Shown here piece by piece: positions 1 to 6,690 of a stretch of 12,040 nucleotides of DNA. The stretch's first letter is position 1, and each line of letters opens with the position of its first letter. The stretch lies in IMG/VR virus record IMGVR_UViG_2751185968_000006; one strand, written 5' to 3'. Under the pieces are notes generated by a model. The model made no database searches, was not told the origin of the DNA, and worked only from the letters and a program-made list of their open reading frames with translations. This DNA comes from a virus. Taxonomy: Duplodnaviria > Heunggongvirae > Uroviricota > Caudoviricetes. The position numbers and the translations under genes were made by a program.

Positions 1-188
1 CCATTCATGGCCATATCAATGATTTTCTGGTGCGTACCGGGCTGAGAGGCGGTGTAAGTGAACTGTAGTTGCCATGTTTTACGGCAATGAGAGCAGAGAT
101 AGCGCTGATGTCCGGCAGTGCTTTTGCCGTTACGCACCACGCCTTCAGTAGCGGAGCAGGAAGGACATCTGATGGAAATGGAAGCCAC
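1..188 (-). CDS. insA: IS1 InsA transposition protein, N-terminal part (gene runs off the window edge)
   Basis: Minus-strand translation from GTG at 188-186 gives [62 protein letters not shown], near-identical to canonical InsA as recalled. The supplied 5..217 ORF is a different frame. Confidence 0.8.
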   Translation of the reverse strand, partial: MASISIRCPSCSATEGVVRNGKSTAGHQRYLCSHCRKTWQLQFTYTASQPGTHQKIIDMAMN

Positions 189-243
189 GCAAGCACCTTA
201 AAATCACCATCATACACTAAATCAGTAAGTTGGCAGCATTACC
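1..243 (-). mobile_element. IS1-family insertion sequence, partial; continues beyond the left window edge, terminal inverted repeat ends at 243
   Basis: Reverse complement of 232-243 is GGTAATGCTGCC, followed by AACTTACTGATTTAGTGTATGATGGTG, matching the IS1 left terminal repeat as recalled. The insA reading frame follows on the minus strand. Confidence 0.85.
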
Positions 244-2605
244 AATTAACGGAGGGTATCAGTACATTGAAATGAATGGTACCGCAGAATACTCAGTATT
301 AAATGACGGTTATCAAATTGTTCAAATGGGTGGCGCGGCAAACCAGACTACCCTCAATAATGGTGTGCTACAGGTTTATGGCGCAGCGAATGATCCCACG
401 ATTAAAGGCGGGCGCTTAATCGTTGAAAAAGATGGGATTACCGTCCTTGCCGCTATCGAAAAGGGAGGATTACTGGAGGTTAAAGAGGGGGGATTAGCGA
501 TTGCGGTAGATCAGAAAGCAGGCGGTGCTATTAAAGCAAGCACGCGGGTCATGGAGGCATTCGGAATAAACCGTCTCGGTCAGTTCGAAATCAAGAATGG
601 TATTGCTAACAATATGCTGTTGGAAAACGGCGGAAGTTTGCGAGTTGAAGAAAATGACTTCGCTTATAATACTACTGTAGATAGTGGCGGCTTACTGGAG
701 GTTATGGATGGCGGGACTGCAACTGGCGTTGATAAAAAAGCAGGCGGAAAATTAATTGTCTCAACGAATGCGCTGGAAGTGAGTGGTACAAACAGTAAAG
801 GCCAATTTAGTATAAAAGATGGTGTGTCAAAAAATTATGAACTGGATGATGGTTCCGGGCTCATTGTTATGGAGGACACGCAGGCCATTGATACTATCCT
901 TGATGAGCATGCCACTATGCAATCGCTGGGAAAGGATACTGGTACGAAAGTGCAGGCAAATGCGGTATATGATCTCGGTCGATCAGACCAGAATGGAAGT
1001 ATCACGTATTCCTCTAAAGCCATCTCTGAAAATATGGTTATCAACAATGGCCGCGCTAATGTCTGGGCTGGCACAATGGTTAACGTGTCAGTCAGAGGGA
1101 ATGATGGCATTCTTGAGGTCATGAAGCCGCAAATAAATTATGCACCCGCTATGTTGGTGGGTAAGGTAGTGGTTTCTGAGGGCGCTTCTTTTAGAACGCA
1201 TGGTGCCGTGGATACCAGCAAAGCGGACGTTTCGCTCGAAAATAGCGTATGGGCCATCATTGCCGATATCACTACGACGAACCAAAACACCCTCCTCAAC
1301 TTAGCCAACCTTGCGATGTCTGACGCAAATGTGATTATGATGGATGAGCCAGTGACTCGTTCATCAGTGACGGCAAGTGCGGAAAATTTCATTACGTTGA
1401 CCACCAATACCCTGTCGGGAAACGGCAATTTTTATATGCGTACCGATATGGCTAATCATCAGAGCGATCAGCTCAACGTCACCGGTCAGGCAACAGGTGA
1501 TTTCAAAATATTCGTGACGGACACCGGTGCCAGCCCGGCAGCAGGAGATAGCCTTACACTGGTAACAACGGGCGGCGGTGATGCTGCATTTACGTTGGGC
1601 AATGCCGGAGGCGTTGTTGATATCGGTACGTATGAATATACCTTGCTGGATAATGGCAACCATAGCTGGAGTTTGGCAGAGAATCGCGCGCAAATTACCC
1701 CTTCAACCACTGATGTGCTGAATATGGCGGCCGCACAACCGCTGGTATTTGATGCAGAACTGGACACCGTGCGTGAGCGTCTTGGTAGCGTAAAAAGCGT
1801 TAGTTACGATACGGCGATGTGGAGTTCGGCAATTAACACCCGCAACAACGTGACCACTGATGCGGGAGCTGGTTTTGAGCAAACATTGACGGGCCTGACG
1901 CTCGGTATCGATAGCCGTTTCTCCCGTGAAGAAAGCAGTACAATTCGCGGCTTGTTCTTTGGTTACTCTCATTCTGATATTGGTTTTGATCGCGGCGGAA
2001 AAGGTAATATCGATAGCTATACCCTGGGGGCTTATGCCGGTTGGGAGCATCAGAACGGTGCCTATGTTGATGGGGTGGTGAAAGTTGACCGTTTTGCCAA
2101 CACCATCCATGGCAAGATGAGTAATGGGGCAACAGCGTTTGGCGATTACAATAGTAACGGCGCGGGTGCTCATGTTGAGAGCGGGTTCCGTTGGGTTGAC
2201 GGATTGTGGAGTGTTAGACCCTATCTGGCCTTTACCGGCTTTACCACAGATGGTCAGGACTACACGTTATCAAACGGCATGCGCGCTGATGTGGGAAATA
2301 CCCGGATATTACGCGCTGAAGCGGGAACGGCGGTAAGCTATCACATGGACCTGCAAAATGGTACGACGCTGGAACCCTGGCTGAAAGCCGCCGTACGTCA
2401 GGAATACGCCGATTCTAACCATGTGAAAGTTAATGACGATGGCAAATTTAATAATGATGTGGCTGGAACCCCTGGCGTTTATCAGGCTGGGATAAGGTCA
2501 TCGTTTACCCCGACGTTAAGCGGTCATTTGTCAGTCAGCTATGGCAATGGCGCAGGGGTAGAATCGCCGTGGAATACTCAGGCGGGAGTGGTCTGGACGT
2601 TCTGA
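230..2605 (+). CDS. AIDA-I/Ag43-type autotransporter adhesin, 5'-truncated by IS1 (probable pseudogene: no signal peptide, no credible start)
   Basis: 791-aa ORF with repetitive GG-x-L-x-V passenger-type repeats and a C-terminal beta-barrel-like domain ending in aromatic residues (VVWTF). The frame runs into the IS1 terminal repeat; the only start is a TTG at 230 inside IS1, with an in-frame stop at 218-220. Confidence 0.75.
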   Translation: MAALPINGGYQYIEMNGTAEYSVLNDGYQIVQMGGAANQTTLNNGVLQVYGAANDPTIKGGRLIVEKDGITVLAAIEKGGLLEVKEGGLAIAVDQKAGGAIKASTRVMEAFGINRLGQFEIKNGIANNMLLENGGSLRVEENDFAYNTTVDSGGLLEVMDGGTATGVDKKAGGKLIVSTNALEVSGTNSKGQFSIKDGVSKNYELDDGSGLIVMEDTQAIDTILDEHATMQSLGKDTGTKVQANAVYDLGRSDQNGSITYSSKAISENMVINNGRANVWAGTMVNVSVRGNDGILEVMKPQINYAPAMLVGKVVVSEGASFRTHGAVDTSKADVSLENSVWAIIADITTTNQNTLLNLANLAMSDANVIMMDEPVTRSSVTASAENFITLTTNTLSGNGNFYMRTDMANHQSDQLNVTGQATGDFKIFVTDTGASPAAGDSLTLVTTGGGDAAFTLGNAGGVVDIGTYEYTLLDNGNHSWSLAENRAQITPSTTDVLNMAAAQPLVFDAELDTVRERLGSVKSVSYDTAMWSSAINTRNNVTTDAGAGFEQTLTGLTLGIDSRFSREESSTIRGLFFGYSHSDIGFDRGGKGNIDSYTLGAYAGWEHQNGAYVDGVVKVDRFANTIHGKMSNGATAFGDYNSNGAGAHVESGFRWVDGLWSVRPYLAFTGFTTDGQDYTLSNGMRADVGNTRILRAEAGTAVSYHMDLQNGTTLEPWLKAAVRQEYADSNHVKVNDDGKFNNDVAGTPGVYQAGIRSSFTPTLSGHLSVSYGNGAGVESPWNTQAGVVWTF

Positions 2606-2665
2606 TAACAGAAAATAAACAGGCTGTGATGTGTCACGGTCTGTTTATCAAATTAATTGCAGATA

Positions 2666-2698
2666 TAAAAAAACCAACCGTAAAGGTTGGTTTTTTCT
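2666..2698. terminator. Rho-independent terminator hairpin downstream of the autotransporter, potentially bidirectional
   Basis: Stem AACCAACC (2672-2679) / GGTTGGTT (2685-2692), loop GTAAA, flanked by an A-run upstream and T6 (2691-2696) downstream. Confidence 0.55.
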
Positions 2699-3109
2699 TG
2701 GGATTCACGAGAGTAGTTTAATTGAGCGTGTAACTTCATGATTTAAAATAATGTATATGATTCAACTTTTAAACCGTATAACCAAACGTATAACTAAAAT
2801 GATTTGCTGAAAAAATGCACAATTCAGGGTCGGATTTTCCCGGATGTTTAATTTATAAAAACGAAGCTGGTGGATGATCTGCGTGGTGATTTCCACCATT
2901 CAGAGCAGGGGCGGTCATCATGCCCATGCCATAACAAAAACCCCATATTCGTGGTTTTTCTGTGTTGTGGCTATTCTGCCGTTGCCGTGCTGGTGGATAT
3001 TTCCGTTATGGGGATCACCATATCGGCATCATGCCCACCAGCCAGCGCAATTTTGCGCTTTGCTTTAAGTTCAGCAAGTTACCGCGCCGGATTACGCCAA
3101 TGGCTGTTT

Positions 3110-3287
3110 CCGAAAGAATCAACGGGTTAGGCCTTAATGGGCTGCGTGGTAATTATCAGCATCCAGAATATGACGGGTTATGTTTCCGACCTCCTCAATT
3201 TGAGGTTCCCGAAAATATCAACGGGTTAGGCTGGTTTCCCCGATGTTCGCCGCTGGCGAATTTCGAAAATATCAACCAGTTACCGCC
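3110..3287 (+). repeat. Three direct copies of a ~22-bp motif (consensus near CGAAAATATCAACGGGTTAGGC) in a non-coding stretch at the element boundary
   Basis: Copies at 3110-3133 (CCGAAAGAATCAACGGGTTAGGCC), 3208-3232 (CCCGAAAATATCAACGGGTTAGGCT) and 3262-3287 (TTCGAAAATATCAACCAGTTACCGCC). A palindrome CCTCAATTTGAGG lies at 3193-3205. Confidence 0.5.
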
Positions 3288-3561
3288 GCAACCGCTCCGG
3301 CTTCTTCCAGTGGTATGTAATTTTCTCCGTTTCCCGATACAGTGCCACGCGGCGATTGTAGGCCAGCATTTCAAGAACGCGGATCCGTATGTTGCGCATA
3401 TCCACATCATTAAGCTGGATACCATCACGGCGCATCACCTCAGCAACAACACGCGCATAATTTTCGGCTGTCACGCTGTCCGGCTGCGTGGCCTGTTCGT
3501 CAGTCTGCTGGCTGATTCCACCAGCACGGCGGATTAATCCCAGTATTTCGGCTTCTGTCAT
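3280..3561 (-). CDS. Hypothetical protein (93 aa), last gene of the satellite-like element
   Basis: ORF with ATG at 3561 preceded by an AGGTG Shine-Dalgarno 4 nt upstream. No recognisable family. Confidence 0.5.
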   Translation of the reverse strand: MTEAEILGLIRRAGGISQQTDEQATQPDSVTAENYARVVAEVMRRDGIQLNDVDMRNIRIRVLEMLAYNRRVALYRETEKITYHWKKPERLRR

Positions 3562-3595
3562 TGTGCACCTATCGTTCTGATTGTCTGGTGTCGTC

Positions 3596-3780
3596 GGGTC
3601 CTTCCTGGAATTATGGACCCGTTACGGGGCGGCGACCTCGCGCGTTTTCACTATTTATGAAAATTTTTCGGGATCCATGTCCGGTTTCTCTACAAGTTAA
3701 CCATATGAAAAATATAAAAACATGCTTTCCATGAACCGGACATGCGCAAAAAACAGACACTAAAACCGGACATCGAACCA
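3596..3780 (+). other. Lambda-type cos site, copy A (plus orientation): cosQ-like flank, cosN, and cosB-like region with three ACCGGACAT repeats
   Basis: GTTACG at 3621-3626 then GGGCGGCGACCT at 3627-3638 (the 12-nt lambda cohesive-end sequence), then CGCGCGTTTTCACTATTTATGAAAATTTT resembling the lambda left end as recalled. Repeats: CATGTCCGG 3676-3684 (inverted), ACCGGACAT 3735-3743 and 3765-3773. Confidence 0.6.
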
Positions 3781-3841
3781 GTTAACCGAAAGTGTGCACA
3801 AATCACATGCATTGCTGCGAGTGATTAACAAGTTATCGGCT

Positions 3842-4276
3842 TTACTGTTCTGTATCGGCTGATTGCTCCATGCTGGCACGGCGAACGCTTACGGCATGAC
3901 GCCACCCAGCCAGAAAGCCAGCCATTTTATTTCGTGCCTTGCTCACATCTTCCGGTGAATAGCCGTAAATCTGCAAACCTTCATCAAATCGATGTTCTGT
4001 TTCTTCACTGGAGTACTCGTCACGCTCAGATGAAAGCAGCCTGGCAAACATAATTTTTTCCAGCGCACTGGTTTCTACGTGATATCTGATGGCCTCAAGA
4101 CGGCTTTTACCTGAAGACCAAAGCAATGTATGCCCGATGTGATAACCGCCAGACTTTCCGCGATCCGCATTAAGATACGGCATCCCCTGTTTGGTCCATG
4201 CGCGAATAGTGGTTCTGTTAACCTTGAAATGTTCAGCTATTTCCTGCTGACTTACAAAACAAGCTTTATCAATCAT
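3842..4276 (-). CDS. Terminase small subunit-like protein (lambda Nu1-type N-terminal HTH), 144 aa; candidate packaging-redirecting (Rpp-like) protein
   Basis: N-terminus QQEIAEHFKVNRTTIRAWTKQGMPY resembles lambda Nu1 KKQLADIFGASIRTIQNWQEQGMPV (from memory). It is shorter than Nu1, sits about 90 bp downstream of cos copy B on the same strand, and no large terminase gene is present. Confidence 0.7.
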   Translation of the reverse strand: MIDKACFVSQQEIAEHFKVNRTTIRAWTKQGMPYLNADRGKSGGYHIGHTLLWSSGKSRLEAIRYHVETSALEKIMFARLLSSERDEYSSEETEHRFDEGLQIYGYSPEDVSKARNKMAGFLAGWRHAVSVRRASMEQSADTEQ

Positions 4277-4343
4277 AATGTTACCTTAACTGCATGGTTA
4301 AATATTAATCAAGTGGTGGTGGTGTCACCTTCACGGAAAAACG

Positions 4344-4407
4344 TCATAAATAGCGAAAACCCGCGAGGTCGCCGCCCCGTAACGGGCCATAATTCCAGGA
4401 AGGACCC
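4344..4407 (-). other. Lambda-type cos site, copy B (minus orientation), immediately upstream of the TerS-like gene; inverted relative to copy A
   Basis: Minus-strand reading is GGGTCCTTCCTGGAATTATGGCCCGTTACG-GGGCGGCGACCT-CGCGGGTTTTCGCTATTTATGA; cosN lies at 4366-4377. About 64 bp are near-identical to copy A (3596-3660) in inverted orientation. Confidence 0.65.
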
Positions 4408-4409
4408 GC

Positions 4410-4431
4410 AAAAAAGCCGGATTTCTCCGGC
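4410..4431 (-). terminator. Rho-independent terminator-like hairpin after the 137-aa gene; copy 1 of a thrice-repeated hairpin
   Basis: Plus strand AAAAAA-GCCGGA-TTTC-TCCGGC (stem 4416-4421 / 4426-4431). On the minus strand the hairpin is followed by T6. Confidence 0.45.
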
Positions 4432-4437
4432 CTTGTC

Positions 4438-4851
4438 TCAGATGGTTTTCAGTATGCGATCGATGTCGCCGTCATCGCCTGGGTTTCTGCCATCGTATGC
4501 CATGCCAGCTGATACGGTTTGTGGGCTGTGCATGTCCATAAAGTTTTCAAAGGCTGCGGTAAGCTCTGGTGCAACCTTCGGGCGTTCCTGCTCTATGGTC
4601 ATGTTCAGGATGTTTTTAGCCGTATCAACATCGATACAAGGCACGTTTGCCATTGCACGCAACAGCGGCTGATAGTCTTTATGCTCATGAAGCGCCATAA
4701 TCGCATCAGCGCGCGGCTTGTCCTGCTCTTCCAGTTTGTTGAGTTGATATACGGCCTCGTAGGTTGATAAACCTCTGTCAGCCATTGCCCGCGCTTCGGC
4801 TTTAAATTTACTCGCCAGCGGTAGCGCCATGATGCTTTCATTCGTTGCCAT
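4438..4851 (-). CDS. Hypothetical protein (137 aa) between decoration-like gene and cos; possible head or packaging accessory protein
   Basis: ORF with ATG at 4851 and a GGGGGA Shine-Dalgarno sequence. Position matches a capsid/packaging module; no family recognised. Confidence 0.5.
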   Translation of the reverse strand: MATNESIMALPLASKFKAEARAMADRGLSTYEAVYQLNKLEEQDKPRADAIMALHEHKDYQPLLRAMANVPCIDVDTAKNILNMTIEQERPKVAPELTAAFENFMDMHSPQTVSAGMAYDGRNPGDDGDIDRILKTI

Positions 4852-4863
4852 CGTTCCCCCTGC

Positions 4864-5167
4864 TTATCGGGCCAGCGGCTGAACGGATACGCCAGAACCC
4901 GCAAAGGCGGCGCATTTTTTCGCATCGGTGTCGACGCTCTCAGGCCAGTTAACGGCGGCAATATTGAATATCCCCGTCTTGTAACACTGTGCTGATTTCT
5001 GCTTTGACGTGTCCACGAGGTACGAAGTCAGATAAACAGCCTTGCCAGATTCCTGACCATCCCACGGCTTAAACTCGCCATTGTCCACCAGCATCAGCGG
5101 CAAAATGTACCAGTGTCGTTGATACCTGCTGACTGCCTGCAAATAACTCAATATATGGAGTGTCCAT
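4864..5167 (-). CDS. Head decoration protein, lambda gpD-like; possibly frameshifted
   Basis: The C-terminal frame (supplied ORF 4864-5151) reads PLMLVD...WDGQ...YKTGIF...WPESVD...KKCAAFAGSG, paralleling lambda gpD PLMLD...WDG...YKSGTF...WPEA...KKRTAFAG (from memory). The only ATG with a good RBS (GGGGGA) is at 5167 in another frame, which stops at 5069. Confidence 0.55.
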
Positions 5168-5178
5168 ATAATCCCCCG

Positions 5179-6234
5179 TTAACCAATTTTGACGGTAACA
5201 AATTTGCGAATATCTGCCGGAACCGGCTGCGGTGCGCTGTGTGTCTGCACGTACTCAATCGCCGGATCGCCGTCCTCAATCCAGTTTTTCGGGTAGTACA
5301 TGTTTTGCGTTGCGCCCGTTCTTACCGCTTCCTGATCCATAATCGCACCATAGGCCACCAGCCCTTTATTGTTGGTGTTGCCCAGGACCAGCAAATCAGG
5401 CTCAAGGAAATATTTTTCGGTGCCGTCGCTGTCAGTGTATTTGCCGGAATAGACAATAAGAGCAATATCGCCCAGATAGCCTTTAAAGCTCACCACTTCG
5501 CCCAGGTTTTTACAGGCCATTTCTGCGGCGGATTCTGAACCACGGGAAAGATCGTACAGTTCACGGAATTTTTTAAAGCTGCGTAACGTGCGCCATACCT
5601 CAGCGCCCATAATCATGACGTTGGCGGGGCAACCTGCCTGATCTGCGTATAGTTCGATGTCATAGATTGGATCGTAAATATCTTTATCATGCTCGGACCA
5701 TTTTTTGCCGTCGGACTGCTCTATGATGTTTTTTTCCGGTATCTTCCAGTCGATTTCATAGCGTTCTATGCCTTCGCCCTCAATGATGTTTTTTCCGGTC
5801 GTTACCGCATTCACCGCCAGCCATTCCACGCGTGCCTTAATGGCGTTTATCTGGCGGCGCATGTTGCCAGTAATCAGGCGCATACGGCGATAGGTAGGGT
5901 CGTTAAGCTGTGCCGGATCTTCTCCAGCCATGCGCATGATGGTTTTCGTTGGATCGATTTCGTGCTTTGGCTTCATGTAGCCAGGTTTGATTGTGCTGGT
6001 TTCGTACCCTTTATCGCGCTGAACCTGGCTACCCACCATAGGCGAACAAAACGCCGACATGGTGACTTCTTCAATGTCCAGGGTATCCAGCATGATGTTT
6101 TGCGTGCTGAATGTCGCCACGTTCGGGAAAAACAGCGTGGTAAACAGAGGGCTGAATTTAAAATCCGCAATATCCCCGCGATTCAGGTACATAAAAAGCT
6201 GGTTAGTGTTAAGTGCCGTTGCTTTGCCTGCCAT
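5179..6234 (-). CDS. Major capsid protein, lambda gpE family (351 aa)
   Basis: Collinear similarity to lambda gpE as recalled: FKFSPLFTTLFF vs FKFDPLFLRLFF, PGYMKPKHEIDP vs PGYVKPKHEVNP, DPTYRRMRLITGNMR vs DPAYRRRRIIMQNMR, YKGYLGDIALIVYSG vs YKGMYGDVAIVVYSG, YPKNWIEDGDPA vs YPKNWVTTGDPA. Confidence 0.9.
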   Translation of the reverse strand: MAGKATALNTNQLFMYLNRGDIADFKFSPLFTTLFFPNVATFSTQNIMLDTLDIEEVTMSAFCSPMVGSQVQRDKGYETSTIKPGYMKPKHEIDPTKTIMRMAGEDPAQLNDPTYRRMRLITGNMRRQINAIKARVEWLAVNAVTTGKNIIEGEGIERYEIDWKIPEKNIIEQSDGKKWSEHDKDIYDPIYDIELYADQAGCPANVMIMGAEVWRTLRSFKKFRELYDLSRGSESAAEMACKNLGEVVSFKGYLGDIALIVYSGKYTDSDGTEKYFLEPDLLVLGNTNNKGLVAYGAIMDQEAVRTGATQNMYYPKNWIEDGDPAIEYVQTHSAPQPVPADIRKFVTVKIG

Positions 6235-6440
6235 TATTCACCCCCATAATTTTTATGCATCCCAAGCGCCGCAAGTAAATAAGAGCGTACAAGTGAACCT
6301 ATCGACGGCTCCGGCGTCATCAGCGGATCCAGTCCAGCCGCCACGCCAGCCTCATAGTTTTTTTTGTGGCGCTGCTTGAGCACCTCCACGATTTCGGGGC
6401 TTATGTACACCGAAACACCGCCTTTTTTCTCTTCAGCCAT
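6234..6440 (-). CDS. Hypothetical small protein (about 68 aa), translationally coupled to the major capsid gene
   Basis: Likely start at ATG 6440 (MAEEKKGG...) with AAGAGGAA upstream; the supplied ORF extends to 6473 without an RBS. Its stop overlaps the capsid start as TAATG at 6232-6236. Confidence 0.45.
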   Translation of the reverse strand: MAEEKKGGVSVYISPEIVEVLKQRHKKNYEAGVAAGLDPLMTPEPSIGSLVRSYLLAALGMHKNYGGE

Positions 6441-6493
6441 AGTAAGAAATTCCTCTTCGACTAAAAAAATCATAACTGGATGTTTATCCAGTC

Positions 6494-6524
6494 CTGATTA
6501 TAATCAGAATTGCATTTTATGCAA
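6494..6524 (-). promoter_or_regulatory. Putative sigma70-type promoter for the capsid module, with both hexamers inside palindromes
   Basis: Minus strand: -35 TTGCAT (plus 6519-6524), 16-bp spacer, -10 TATAAT (plus 6497-6502). The -10 lies in the palindrome CTGATTATAATCAG (6494-6507) and the -35 in TTGCATTTTATGCAA (6510-6524). Confidence 0.4.
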
Positions 6525-6604
6525 TAATATTGAGTTATGTTGCAAATTATGAAATGATTATCCCGATCACGAACGCCAGTGCATCCAAAAACCTCATATG
6601 CAAA

Positions 6605-6642
6605 AGCCCGATAAGAACCCTCTGACCTTATCGGGCTTTTTT
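6605..6642 (+). terminator. Terminator-like hairpin with T6 tail on the plus strand
   Basis: Stem AGCCCGATAAG (6605-6615) / CTTATCGGGCT (6627-6637), followed by TTTTTT (6637-6642). No obvious plus-strand gene lies upstream. Confidence 0.4.
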
Positions 6643-6648
6643 GGGCGC

Positions 6649-6670
6649 AAAAAAGCCGGATTGCTCCGGC
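6649..6670 (-). terminator. Rho-independent terminator-like hairpin after the 74-aa gene; copy 2 of the repeated hairpin
   Basis: Plus strand AAAAAA-GCCGGA-TTGC-TCCGGC (stem 6655-6660 / 6665-6670); T6 follows on the minus strand. Confidence 0.45.
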
Positions 6671-6690
6671 TATGTGTGCTGTGTGCTGGA

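Noticed and set aside
69-275. 68-aa plus-strand ORF inside the left IS1
   Set aside because: It lies antisense to the IS1 insA frame; translating the opposite strand in the proper frame gives canonical InsA.
819-2336. Multiple short ORFs on both strands inside the autotransporter
   Set aside because: All overlap the long autotransporter frame, which has clear passenger repeats and a beta-barrel, and show biased junk-like composition.
3110-3287. Possible CRISPR array suggested by repeated 22-bp motifs
   Set aside because: Only three copies, with degenerate sequence and irregular spacing (about 98 and 54 bp between starts), and no cas genes nearby.
2962-3537. 191-aa plus-strand ORF (with overlapping ORFs at 2870-3130 and 2874-3068)
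   Set aside because: No RBS, odd cysteine-, histidine- and tryptophan-rich composition. It overlaps the direct-repeat array and lies antisense to the better-supported 93-aa gene at 3280-3561.
5113-6249. Plus-strand ORFs (5113-5538, 5689-6249, 6059-6379) opposite the capsid gene
   Set aside because: They lie antisense to the well-supported gpE-like gene and have no recognisable motifs.
6605-6642. Possible small RNA gene ending at the plus-strand terminator
   Set aside because: I could not find a convincing plus-strand promoter upstream; the hairpin may just be a bidirectional insulator. It is kept as a terminator feature only.
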